Assembly: GCF_030144855.1 (NCBI RefSeq)
Contig: NC_082712.1
Location: 130,138,001-130,202,000, forward strand
Source: Hypanus sabinus
Taxonomy: Eukaryota
DNA length: 64,000 bases
Direction: 5' to 3'
Shown here one piece after another: positions 52,101 to 64,000 of the stretch; the first letter of the stretch is position 1, and each line of letters opens with the position of its first letter. The position numbers and the translations under genes are program-made. The notes below the pieces were generated by a model that had not been told where the DNA came from, did no database searches, and saw only the letters and a program-made list of their open reading frames with translations.

Positions 52101-55100
52101 TACAGCCAAGTGAAACAGCATTACTCTGGGGCCAAGGTGAATAACACAGTACCAAAGGTCATACATACACAGCAAGATAGGATTCTGGTTGGCACAATGC
52201 CTTACAGTACAGGTAAACCAGGTTCAATTCCTCCTGCTGCCTGTAAGGGGTTTGTACATTCTCTGTGTGACTGTGTGGGTTTCCTCCAGGTGCTCTGGTT
52301 TCCTCCCACAGTCCAAAGACATACCGGGGGTGGTAGATTTATTGGTCATTGTTAATTGTCCTGTGATTTGGCTCAGATTAAATTGGGAGATTGCTGGGCA
52401 GCACAACTTGAAAGGCCGGAAAGGGCTATTCTGTAATGTATCTCAATAAATCAATGTCAATAAATAAGCAGCCTAAGTCACATATAACATATATGAGATA
52501 GCAGTAGAACACTGTCACACAAAAAATATAGTCCAAGACCCTGAGTCCGTGGATGTTGCACCAGTCTGCAGGTGAACATAATACAGTTTGTCTTCTGCCG
52601 AGTGAACACTGGGGGGCAGCACCAACTCCAGCATGGATGCCACCACACCACACCCAGCTCTCCTGGTGGCTGTAAACTGGCAACACTGTGGCTTGAGGCC
52701 GACAACTGACACCACACAGCTCCCCCATCATCCACCAATAAACCAGTGAATCAGACTTTCAGTATTCCAGATTAACAATGTCTAACAGGGTCTGGCAATC
52801 ACAAGAAAAGCTGCACATTTGGGAACATTTGTCCATACTGGATAACAGTTTGTTTAGTGACCTCCCCTCCACCACTAATTCAAAAGAGTCCAGGTTGTAG
52901 CCAAGGACGAATCCAGCCTTTTTGATGAGTTTATTTAGTCTTTTTGCATCACCAGCACCGATGCTGCTGCCCCAACGTAAAGCTGCAAAGAAGACTACAC
53001 TCACTACAACAAACTGGTAGAAGATCTCCACCATCCTGCTGCACAGTGGTATCTCAGCTTCCTTAGAAAATAGTCTGCTCATCCTCTTCTTGTAAACAGC
53101 CTTGGAATTGGTTTTCCTGTCAAGTCTGTTGTCAAATTGAACACCAAGTATTTGTACTCCTCTATTACTGCAACAACTTCTTCAACAATGTATACAGGAC
53201 TCATCACAGTCCTATTCCTCCCAAAAATCAATCACCATCTCCCTGGTTTTGGCCACATTCAGGAGCAGGTGATTTCCCCTGCACCACTCCACAAACTTAT
53301 CCACCATTCCTCTATACTCCCGATTTCTGCCCATCTCTGATACACCCAACCACCACAGAGTCATCAGAGAATTTCCGCAAGTGCAAGAGTCAGATTTGTT
53401 CTGAAAGTCTGAGGTGTGCAGCTTGAGCAGACTGTCCCGGAGACAGGACAGTCCTTTGTGGTTCTCCAGTGCCACTCACCACCATCTCAGAGAGAACTAC
53501 CCAGTCATACAAATTATATATATATATAATATAGAATATTGCCTTGGTCAATATTCTGTGTATTATTAATGGACAACTCTTACTTCTTCAGTCTTTCATT
53601 GTTTAGCTAATACTCTTCTCCCATGGCGAGTCCAGTCTTGGCTTAAACAGGTGATATGCTGTTTCCATGCAGAACTCTGTTCTTGTCCAACTTGTAATGC
53701 TTTTCTGCTATCTATTATAGGCCTGCTCTTGCCTTATAACCCTGCAAACCTGGTTTTGGATCTAGTGATGCTGTTTTTGTACCTTGGGGTTGAAGTAATA
53801 AGGATATTTTTTGGTAAGTATTCTTAATTCTGAAATTTTGTGTACAGCTGAGTCTTCGGGACATTATGCCATACCAATAAACAATCTGCTGGAGGAACTC
53901 AGTGGGACAAGCAGCATCTGTGGGGTTGGGGTGGGGGCTGTTTTGTGTCTAAACCCTGCATCAGGACTGAGAGTGGAAAGGAGATAGCTACTGTAAAGAA
54001 GAGAGGGAAAACATGAGATGAGTCAGAGATAATTGGTTGACCAAGGAGGAGTGAAGGATGATGTGCAGATTAAACTGGATGGGGGAGGGAAAGGGTGGAG
54101 TTGGGACATAGTCAGATGGATAATAGCTAGAGGCAGACAAAAAAAAACCTGAGGAGGAGATAAATGGGGTAAGAGGAGGGTAAGCCAGGAGACAGCCGGG
54201 AGGGTGATAAACAGGAACATAAAAGCTACAGTGCTGGAAGGTGATATTGGAACCATTAGGGAGAGGTGATGGGCAGATGGAACAAGGATGAGGGAGGAAG
54301 AGGGCGATGAAAATGGGAAATGGAGGTGGCAGTGTGATATGAACAAAGGGACATAAGTGGGAGTACTGTATGAGAATCAGAAGAAGGGGGAGAGCACAGA
54401 GGTGGAGGATGTGAATGTTTAGGATGTGTTTGGGTGCCAGTCAAGTTACTTTATCCTGGATGTTGTAAAGCTACATCATTGTTATTGGTTATAGGCTGAA
54501 TATACTGCAAGGAAAAAGGCACATAAATATGAAGAGAATGGAAGGATATAGACTAAATACAAAAATAATGTATGTTTAATTAAGTGTTATTAGCTTAATT
54601 AGTTTGGCACAACATAGTGGGCCAAAGCACCTGTGTCTGTGCTGCACTATTCTATGTTCTACGAGTTACTCATCATCTCTCAACCCAAGTTTTTCCACCA
54701 TCTGCAATATCACACTAGAATAATCTCCACTTATCCGGGTAAGTATAGCTCCAATAACACGACAAGAAGGTGTAAGATTCTTCCATGCCATGAAGCCTAA
54801 AATCTCTGTGATTGAGCCAGTGTAAAATTCTGCTAGAAAACATTTTGAATTATAGAAATAGACATCATATGGTGGCAAGAAACTGTAGGAACTGACTTGA
54901 AATGTAACTGACAAAAGATCAGGATGCTGTGTTAAGAGAAGTAAAAAGTGGTGAGCAATTAAATTAAGTGAAGGATCCAAAATATTGGGAAGAGATGGGG
55001 ACCATTCAAAAAGGTAGAGGGACTATGGAGAAAATTCCATATGTTGATCTCTTGGAAACAGAGTTACTGGGGAATGCAGGTATATAGGAAGTAAGCTGAG

Positions 55101-57512
55101 TGGGACAAAATTGTGACTATCAGGTATCCATGGATCAGGCAAGGACAGGATCAGATTTTGCTATGATGCCTTTGATTCAACAGACGAAAAACAGTCTTCT
55201 AGGATCACAAGGGAAAAATGCTATTTGGGTGAAGTATCAGAGGCCAGAAGTGTGGCTACAACTAGCCACCCTTTTCTGGTGTGTAGAGCTGAATGTAAGA
55301 TAAATTCAATCTAACGGTATTTTTAATTTTGTATTAGGTTCCAAGGGTAATCTGTCCCAACGTAAGGTGCCTCTCACTATTAGTCTGGTGCTTCTTGGGC
55401 CATCTACAATTATGGCAATTTATTATATGCTACTTCAGACCTATGTTCTAAGGCTGGAAGTTACCATCAATGCAATATTACTGGTGTTTTACTTCTTTGA
55501 ATTGGTTCTGTGCTGCGTGGGCTTAATGAGCTTCTCAAGGTGAGGAGAGCAATTGATCTATAGATTCTTAGATGATTGTCATTATTAAATGTTTGTACAT
55601 ATTTTTGTAAGTACTGTGAACAGACATTTTTATACCTTCCCTACATTTCAGGTTACCTAACTTTGGTCATCTTTTGGTAACTGAATTAAGTGCCAATATG
55701 ATGGGTGACAAGGCTGCACCCAATTCTCTTCTTGCACATTTCTCCATTACGGATTAATAGATAGTGAAGAAGAGGAATACAGATCAAACCGGAGTTCCTT
55801 TGCTATACAGTGTACTTTGTCACTTAATGGAGAAATATGAGATCCAATTGAGATAACTGAGCCTGTCACGAAGCAGAATAGGATATAGAATTTTCTGGTC
55901 TGTGTAGTCATATGCTACATTGTATTGTCCACTACCTATTAAATGCTCCCAATGGCATGTGTCTCAGACAGCTTCTGATCTTTACATGTGGTTTAGTCAC
56001 GGAACCACTTCTACTCATAGGAGAAGGGACAAAGGCAGGTTACTGCTGCCGTAAAGCCTTCGGGCAAATGGGGCTTCTCAGCCATGGATGGCCACTCATC
56101 TAGGAGGAAAACTGATCTCAAACCTCTGTTGCCTTGTGGCTATACCCACTCATGTGGAAAGCTTCAGGAGTAAACCCTGAGGAGAAATCCAGACAGGCCT
56201 ATATGGAATTCAATACTGACTAGCAACTCCTGCAACACTGCTGGAGCCAAACTGTATCAGGCTCTGCCATTCCTTTCAACTCATCAGCTACATGGAGGGG
56301 GAGCCTGTTGAATGGGCAATAGCTTGCTCTCCATATCATACTGCCTGGCTTGCTTATCACATAGACAGCCAGGAAGCAACATCCATGGTTAACCTCGACT
56401 AATGAAGGCCCTTATTATATTGTACATCTAGCTGTCAAGTAAACTAGGCTTTTCTTTAATTAGAGAAAATCCAATAAGAATGGACTACAGTTCTATATAA
56501 AAAGAAATCAAGAAGGAAGTGTATGTCAAATAGTGATCAACACCGTTATTTGGCAAAGAGCACTTGTGCTTCTACAGCTATTATGTTATAAAGGAATTAA
56601 TGCATGTTATTATTAGTTCCTAAGCAGATTGAGATGATGAGGGAATTTCAAAATGAAAATGTAAGGAAAAGATAGAAAAGAAACTAAAGTAATTTTGATG
56701 CTTTAAAGAACTGTATGTAGTGTGTGTGAGAGAGGAAAATCATCTTTCAGCCACACTGTTCCATTAGAATATGTAGCAGAGTAACAGTAAGAAAGTGTGA
56801 TTACACTGTGGGAATTGTACATTGGAAAGAAAAAAGGTAATCAGACTCATTAAGTTTGTGTATACATTGTAAACACCACTACTCCCCTGTACAGCTATTT
56901 GAGTTACAGAAATTTGCCCTTGCCTAATTCACAAATCACTGCCCAAAAGTTGAGATAAGGAATATGTTCATGCTCTCAGAATTTATGTGATGTAAAATTG
57001 TAAATGATTCAACACAATTTTTTTCCAACTTGCATACCATGACATAGGCATATTTGATGTGACTTTGCACAATAACCATGCCCCCTCCCCTGCCTCAGCG
57101 TGGGGTTGCCTGTATTTCCTAAAGTGAAAAAACAAAAAACATAACATAACAATTCACGCTCAATTGTTTGTTATTCAATCAAGCAGGTTCCAGGATACGA
57201 TTGCCGTAATGACTCACAATCCACACCAAGTACTTACCTGTATACCTTGCTCCACAGAAAAGCCATGATCATACTTAATGATAGGATAAGCTTCAGGTGG
57301 CCAACTCTTCTTATTTCCTTGTGTCCTTTTGTACTTGGAAATTTTTTCTTCTTCTGGGCAATGACTGAGAATCTTATTCACCTATGTGTTTATTAAGTTA
57401 CTACCTTAAAGTACAATCAATGTTAAATATTAATTCCTGTTAATGAATAATGTACTTAAATAATATTCCCAATATTTTACTTTATTTTCTTAGTGCAATC
57501 ATTGCCGATTGA
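49161..57512 (+). CDS. TMEM216: Transmembrane protein 216 (MKS transition-zone protein), join(49161..49170,50652..50668,50981..51074,53721..53813,55338..55539,57494..57512), 144 aa
   Basis: MARGKPPPV-LALTPLEILLNLNSWYY...FIYK-SLLLPYNPANLVLDLVMLFLYLGVEVIRIFF-GSKGNLSQRKVPL...YYMLLQTYVLRLE...FS-SAIIAD*. The QRK-PL and LLQTYVLRLE motifs fit TMEM216 rather than the paralogue TMEM80. 435 nt in frame; terminal exons are less certain. Confidence 0.92.
50652..50668 (+). CDS. TMEM216: TMEM216 17-nt micro-exon (GKPPPV)
   Basis: Acceptor tcttttacag, followed by U12 donor GTATCCTTT; required to bridge phase 1 to phase 0. Confidence 0.85.
50669..50980 (+). other. U12-type (minor spliceosome) GT-AG intron of TMEM216
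   Basis: 5' end GTATCCTTTT; branch-point-like TTCCTTAAAG at 50960-50969, 11 nt before the 3' end; no long pyrimidine tract. Confidence 0.88.
50981..51074 (+). CDS. TMEM216: TMEM216 exon 3 (94 nt)
   Basis: LALTPLEILLNLNSWYYAAYLVAEILLFIYK; donor A|gtaggt. Confidence 0.93.
51200..51590 (-). mobile_element. Penelope pLTR/3' fragment
   Basis: - strand CTGATGA-aggataacagcct-GAAACGTT plus pyrimidine-rich tail. Confidence 0.78.
52190..52452 (+). mobile_element. HE1-like V-SINE
   Basis: GGTTCAATTCC B-box; V domain GTGGGTTTCCTCCAGGTGCTCTGGTTTCCTCCCACAGTCCAAAGAC. Confidence 0.82.
52755..53490 (-). mobile_element. Rex/Babar-like LINE RT fragment
   Basis: FVEWCRGNHLLLNVAKTREMVIDF; RLNKLIKKAGFVLG. Confidence 0.8.
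53721..53813 (+). CDS. TMEM216: TMEM216 exon 4 (93 nt)
   Basis: LLLPYNPANLVLDLVMLFLYLGVEVIRIFFG; donor G|gtaagt. Confidence 0.96.
53880..54480 (-). mobile_element. Penelope-like 3' fragment
   Basis: CTGCTGGAGGAACTCAG...GCAGCATC pLTR end plus purine-rich body. Confidence 0.6.
55338..55539 (+). CDS. TMEM216: TMEM216 exon 5 (202 nt)
   Basis: GSKGNLSQRKVPL...LLQTYVLRLE...; donor AG|gtgagg. Confidence 0.96.
57494..57512 (+). CDS. TMEM216: TMEM216 probable last coding exon (S-AIIAD*)
   Basis: Strong acceptor ttttactttattttcttag, phase 2, short tail as expected for the family; little homology support. Confidence 0.65.
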
Positions 57513-59374
57513 AAATTTGAAGGGAACATTCCTTTGGATGATGAACATCTATGCCAGCCTACGCATATTTGTAATACATTTTATAGTATTTTTATAAGTA
57601 GATTTCTTAAGGATAATGTTTTCAATGTTTGATAGTTATATTTTTAGTAATGCATTTTTACAAAAGTTTGTGTAAATATTTGCTTTTTATTTTGGTTCTC
57701 TTATCTCAATAGTAGTGTCACACCATGGGTTTTGGTGAGGGTCGCTTGCCCTTATGAAGGTGTGCACTTTAAAAATCAGATGCAGGTCACAATAGCACAT
57801 TCAGTGTAGATGTGTTTATGGTGTGCCGGAGGTGAAAAACTTATAGGATAAAGTGCAAAAGTATTTACAGTACAAAAAATAGCAAGATGACAAAAAGAGA
57901 AGATGAAAATATATATCATCAGATCTTTAGGACCAACTCCAAAGCATCAGTCTGAAGTAATTCACTTGCCCTCTACCATCTACCCTCTCCCTTCTTCCCA
58001 CTCCCACCAATATGAGCTTGTAAGGATCTCCTTACCCTACGAGAAAAGGGATAGTCCATTCTTTGGAATGCAGAGTGAGTTGTTAAAATGAGCCTGAACA
58101 ATTATATAAAAATGAACACAGGAATTCATGTCCTTCTTCACAATTACAAATGTCCACATATACATTCGTCACAATAAGATCACAATGAGATTGTGCACCA
58201 CGAGCTATCAATAACTAACCATTTTCCAGGAATCAGCTTTTTCCTCATCTGCCAAAATGAATTCTTCCACTGAGCCAACTCAGAGCATATGTCTCCACAA
58301 ACAGGCACTTTTTTAAGACACCCCTTATCAGTCGGGTCCCCTCCTTGAAACTGGAAGCAATGAAAAAACAGGACACGCTAAGGAATGCCACTGTCCTAGA
58401 GTCTGTAAGTACAAAAAAAATGTCCATGCTGCGCCTTAGCCTAGTGTGTAAACCCAATAAGCATAACATCAGCACTGTCAGACAAGGGTAATAAGAATTA
58501 TTGGGTGGGGGAGGAGGAAGAAATTACTAGTGGCAGACCTGCTCTGTCACAAGTAGAAAGATGTTTTTATCGAACAGGGGTATTCTTAAGCCAAACCTAT
58601 TGGATGTATGAGACATCTTTCTGTCTCTGCTGGCTTCGTTCAACTTGTACATTAATGTAATAATTACTTAAATAATTTTTAATTCTGCTCATTTATTCTA
58701 TTTTGTTTCATGCATCCTGAAAAATATTGCAAATATGGCCAAAAAATTTGACCTCTATAATGAGCCTGATAGTGACTGTGAAATATACCAAGATGAAGGT
58801 GTCAAATTCAGAAGGCATCAAAATCTAATCTGATTTGGTCCATGGCATTTACTCCATTCTGTGGTTTCTCAAGATGGTATGGAAGCTGCTGCAACCCTGG
58901 ATGATTTTCAGTTCAATCACCTGAGGCTGTTCTCTTCAACAAGGAAATCAGTGAAACCAGCTCAGCCAGAGATCAACAGTTCTTGATATCTATAGTTACG
59001 TTTCATTTCATGCAATGTATTCAATCAAATATATTTTATATAACACGCATGGATCTTTCCTAACAATGTTTGTGAAGACTGGGAGGTTAGGACTTCCAGT
59101 GGTATTTCCTGCTACATTGAAGTATTTCACTGCTAAAGGAATATTTCTGCTCCTTTGTCTAGCCCTTTTTGAAGAGCTGATTCGTAATAAGTAACTTTGC
59201 ACCTTTCTGGGGCTCTTTATTCTAAATCAGAGCAAATAGTCTTTGAATAATCTGTGCTACTGAATGTTGGTTAAATCACTTAATGTGCACAGTGCTAACC
59301 CCACACTAGCTCAGATGACTGTTGAAACTGTACCTCGGGTGCCAGTAATTACACACACAGTATATTTTAGCAAC

Positions 59375-60230
59375 AGAATCAGAATTGGGTTTATTATCAT
59401 TGGCAAAAGCCATGAAAGGTGTTGTTTTGTGGCAGCAGTACAGTGGGATACAAAATAAAATGACCAAGTTACAATAAAAGATAAAATAAATGAATGGTGC
59501 AAAAGAGGAAAAGTAACGTAGTGTTCATGGATTCATAGACCATTTTGATATTTGCTGGCAGAGGGGAAGAAGCTGTTCCTAAAACACTCAGTGTTCATCT
59601 TCAGGTTTGGTAACTCTTTCTGATGGTAGTCATGAAAAAGAGGGCATGTCCAGGATGGTCCCTAATGATGAATGTTGCCTAATTGAGGCATTGACTTTTG
59701 AAGATGTCCTTGATGATGGGGAGGTTTGTGCTGAGTCAGCAACCACCTGCAGCTTCTTTCAATCGGTGTAATGGAGCCTCCAAACCAGGCCAGTGGTGCA
59801 ACCAGTCAGAGTGCTTTCCCAGGTACATTGCTAGAAATTAGCTAGTTTCTGGTGACCTATCAAAATATAGCTGCTTGTGTCCCTTCTTCATGATTGTATC
59901 AATATGTTTTGCCCATGATCCTCTGAGATCTGATGCCAAGACACTTGAAGCTGCTCACCTTTTCCACTGCTGACATCTGAATGAGGACTGGTGTGTGTTT
60001 TCCTGACTTCACCTTCCTAAAGTCTACAATTAGTTCCTTGGTCTTGATGTGTGCAAGGTTGTTGCTGTGATGCCATTTAATCAGCTGATCGATTGCATTC
60101 CTCTACACTTCCCATCACCTTCTAGCCAATGCCAGTGGTGTCAATGGCAAATTTATTCTGTAGTTGGTGTTTGAGCTGTGCCTAACCACACATACATGAG
60201 TGTAGAAGAGTAGAGCAGTTGGCTAGCATG
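59375..60230 (-). mobile_element. Rex/Babar-like LINE 3' fragment
   Basis: Collinear with 1000-1830; (ATCAGA)n tail at ~59375. Confidence 0.75.
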
Positions 60231-61559
60231 CATTTCGTTTTAACAGTAATTTTAATTATTTTAACAATTAAATATCCATCAACAATGTAATACCAGTAAA
60301 AATCCATCTTGCTATATGAAGTAGCCCAATTACAGTTTTGAAAGTTGTGTGCTTTCAAAGTACAATGAGCATTTTGAAAAAATGATCACCCCACACAATC
60401 TAAACCACAAAGACTGTATAAACTAGAAACTAAAATACTTCTTCATAAAGTAAGTTATGGCAATACAGCATCAGTTCAAGAAAAGTAGCAAGAATCTGAA
60501 TCAAAATCTTTAATTTTTCTATTTCAAACACTTGTTAAGATATGGAGTTAGGATTCTAACCTGAGTCCTTCCATTGGTCTGATGTTATCCAGTTACAAAT
60601 ATATAATAAGACTTTATTTGAATAAATTTAGTGCAAACTTCTGAGCATTATCAGTTGGATTGCCATCTATAGCTTTTGAGGCACACTGAGCCAACTGGAG
60701 CACAACCTAATGTTGTTGCTCCTCTTCTTTTTTTAGATCCTTCTACTGGTATTTTTTTAACAAGTCTTCACATACATGCTAATAACAGACTCACCATCAA
60801 ATCTGCAGACAGTTCTGTATCTTACACTGTTTGTTTCAAATTTGTGCCACTATTAAATTGCCTTCTGAGACAATTTTAACACCTTCCTTGCATTTTTCTA
60901 AATTTATGTACCACTTGTAACATGTTTCCCTATGAAGATTTAGTTTAATTTCCAATCTTACTGGAAATAAAATGTGTTCTAGCAAGTTTTTGGACAGGTT
61001 CTTGTATCACAGACGGTTCAAAAAAATGAAAGGTCATAGGTTCAAGAGAGAGTATCAAATTGGACTGACTGGTTCAGTAGCAGGCAGCAAAGGTAAATGA
61101 ATATTAGGCTTGTTTTGTGACTGGAAGGCTGTTTTTAATGGACTCTGGTACTCTATCCCTTGCTATTTAAAATAAATATTTATAATTTTGCCTTAAATCT
61201 GGGGATATGATCAGAGTTTACAGACAATACAAAAATTGGCATTATGGTTGACAATAAGGAGAACAGTTTAAACTGAAGGAAGACTCTAATGACCTGATTA
61301 AGTTAATCAGAAGTAGAAATGGAATTTTGCCCAGAGAAAAAATGTAAGGCATTGCATTTGGGAAAGTTACTTTATCCAAGGATAGTTTTCAGATGACAAC
61401 TGGGGCAATTGTGTACTCCTTCTGAGGCAACTGTATTCTCCTGAGGAAGTAGTAGATCAGAGAAATTTCCAGTGTTCCTGGTAACTACACCTGTGAGTAG
61501 TATGTCCAGCTGTAACTCCTGACTGACTACATTGAGCAGGTGGAGCTGCAGTTAGACTT

Positions 61560-62300
61560 GAACCAGTGTTCATTAGGGAATCAGAGATAGAGAAGGTCAG
61601 TATCATATCAGAGAGTCTGTTCTGAGACCAGCACATTAAGTGCCATCACAAAGAAGGCACAACACACCACTAATTTCTTTGAAGTTTGTGTAGATTCAGC
61701 CATGTCACTTAAAAATGGCAAACTTCCATAGATGCACAGTGGAGAGTATCCTAACTGGTTGCATCATGGCCTAGTACAGAAACACCAATGCCCAGGAACA
61801 GCAAGGCCTACAGAAACTGGTGGATACACCCAGTCCATCATAGGTAAAGCCCTCCCCAATACTGAACACATGTATATGGAGTGCTACCACAAGAATGCAG
61901 CATCCATCATCAATGATTCCCACCATCCAGGCCATCCTCTTCACACTACTACCATCAAGCCAGGAGCCTTCGGTCCTTCACCAACTGGTTCAGAATCAGT
62001 TATAACCCTACAACCATCAGGCTCCTGAACCACCATGGATAGCTTCACTCACCACAACTCTGAACTGATTCCACAACCTACAGACTCACTTTCAAGGACT
62101 CAACAATTCAGGGTCTCAGTATTATCTATTTTTCTTTTGCACAATGGCTGTTTCAGTCTTTGTTTATGTATAGTTTTTTCATAAATTCTATTGTATTTCT
62201 TTATTTTCCTGTAAATGCCTGCAAGAAAATGAATCTCAAGGTAGTATATTGTAACATATGTACTTTAATAATAAATTTATTTACTTTTGACTTTGACTGT
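61560..62300 (+). mobile_element. Rex/Babar-like LINE 3' fragment
   Basis: ALPNTEHMYMECYHKNAASIINDSHHPGH; (TTTGAC)n tail. Confidence 0.78.
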
Positions 62301-63169
62301 GATGTTGACAGCATCATAGAGAGGAGCCAGATCTGCTGTATAATGACTCTCTTTAATGCACAGCACAGGAAGCTGGAGACAGCAGAATTGCAGTGATAGA
62401 AAGCTCTAATTAGGGGACAGACAGGAGGTTCTGTTACTGCAAGTAATACTCCAAGATGGTGCATTACTTCCGGGATGGCAGGGTCAAGAATGTTCTGAAG
62501 GCTTGTAGGACATCCTCAAGGGAAGGTGAGCAACCACAGGTCATGATGCATAATGGTATCAATGATGTAGGCTGGAAGGGTCCTGCAGAGTGTTCATCCC
62601 ACATGTTAGTGAGGGTAGGACCAGGAGAATGTTTCTCATGGAAGTGTGGCTGAGGAACTAGTGCAGGATATACAAAATGCTGCAGGGATTCAGCAGGTCA
62701 GGCAGCATCTATGGAATTAATAAACAGTCAACATTTCTGGACAAAATCCTCATCAGGACTGGAAAGGAAAGGGGAAGAAGCCAGAATAATAGGAGATGAG
62801 AAATTCAGGTTCTTGGATCTTTGGGATTTCTTCAGGGACACTAGTGATGTGTACAAATGAAATGTGTTTCCACTTGAATTGGAGATGGATCAATATCCTG
62901 GCAAAGAGATTTGCTAGAACTACTTGGGAGGGTTAAGCTAGTCTGACAGAGGGTGAGATATAAAGGTGTAGTATGGCAGATGAGAACAGAAGTTAACACA
63001 AGTCATTTCAGTAGGCAAGACAGGCAGGGGCAGGCCAAGGAGCAAGGAAGATCTGATACACTAACCTGTATTTATTTTAATGAAAGAAATCTGACTAGTA
63101 AAGTAAGATGAACTCAACATATAGGTGGGCATACAGGACTAGGATTTTATAGCTATTACAGAAATAAAG

Positions 63170-64000
63170 TCATAGGGCACTAAAACACTGAAACGGGCCC
63201 TTTGGCCCATTCAGTCCATGCTGAACTGATATCTTGCCTCATTCCATTGAAGCACACCTGGATGGAGCCTTCCATACCCCCTTCCGTTTATGTATTTATC
63301 CATACTCCCCTTAAATGTTGCAATCAATCCACCATCCTCCAGTTCCACTGGCAGCTTGTTCCATAATCTCCCACCTTCTGACCAGAGATGTTTCCCTTCA
63401 GGTTCCCCTTAAATGTTTCATGTTTCACCCTTAGTCTGTGACCTCTAGTTCTAGTCTCACCCAACCTCAGTGGGAAAAGCCTGCTTGCATTTACCGTCTA
63501 TATCCATCAACATTTTGTATCTCCTCATTCTCCTATACTCCAGAGAATAAAGTCCTAACCTTTCCCTCTAACTTAGATCCTCCAGTCCCTGCAACATCCT
63601 TGTAGATTTTCTCTCTACTCTTTTCAATCTTATTGATATCTTTCCTATACGTGGGTGACAGATCTGCACACAATACTCCAAATTTGGCCTCATCAATGTC
63701 TTAGACAATTTCAACATAACATCCCAACTCCTGTACTCAATGGTCTGATTTATAAAGGCCAATGTGTCAGAAGCTCCCTTTATGACACTACCTACCTATG
63801 ACACCACTTTCAAGGAATTATGTATCTGTATTCCCAGATCCCTTAGCTCACTCACACTCTTCAGTGTCCTACTGTTCACTGTATAAGTTCTACCCTGGTT
63901 TGTCCTCCCCAAACTGCAACACTCACACTTGCCTGCATTAAATTTCATCTGCAATTTTTCATCCCATTTTTCCAGCTGGGTCCAGATCCCGCTGCAGGTT
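63170..64000 (-). mobile_element. CR1 LINE 3' fragment
   Basis: LAFINQTIEYRSWDVMLKLSKTLMRPNLEYCVQ. Confidence 0.85.

Noticed and set aside
49161-57512. Assignment as TMEM80 because of the U12 intron architecture
   Set aside because: Residue motifs (LLPY, GNLSQRKVPL, YYMLLQTYVLRLE) match TMEM216.

Overview
Repeat-rich vertebrate genomic DNA. The repeat landscape (HE1-type V-SINEs, CR1, Rex/Babar-like LINEs, Penelope elements) points to a cartilaginous fish, probably a ray or shark; this is inference. Three intact spliced genes lie in tandem on the + strand, and I reconstructed each by hand with consistent splice phases: ARMC7 (16580-20899, 194 aa), TMEM138 (27000-45579, 162 aa) and TMEM216 (49161-57512, 144 aa). 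TMEM216 has a 17-nt micro-exon followed by a U12-type (minor spliceosome) intron. Diverging from the ARMC7 CpG-rich promoter on the - strand is an unrecognised gene (MGNICH...). Its second coding exon is split by a ~1.4-kb CR1 insertion, and an internal ATG would restore the frame if that exon were skipped. The rest is transposon debris: CR1, Rex/Babar-like, RTE and Nimb/I LINEs, Penelope elements with hammerhead-ribozyme-like termini, solo LTRs, hAT and Tigger DNA transposons, and SINEs. There is also a 397-nt assembly gap. Most ORFs in the supplied track are repeat fragments or spurious. Comparisons to human genes and literature are from memory, not database searches.
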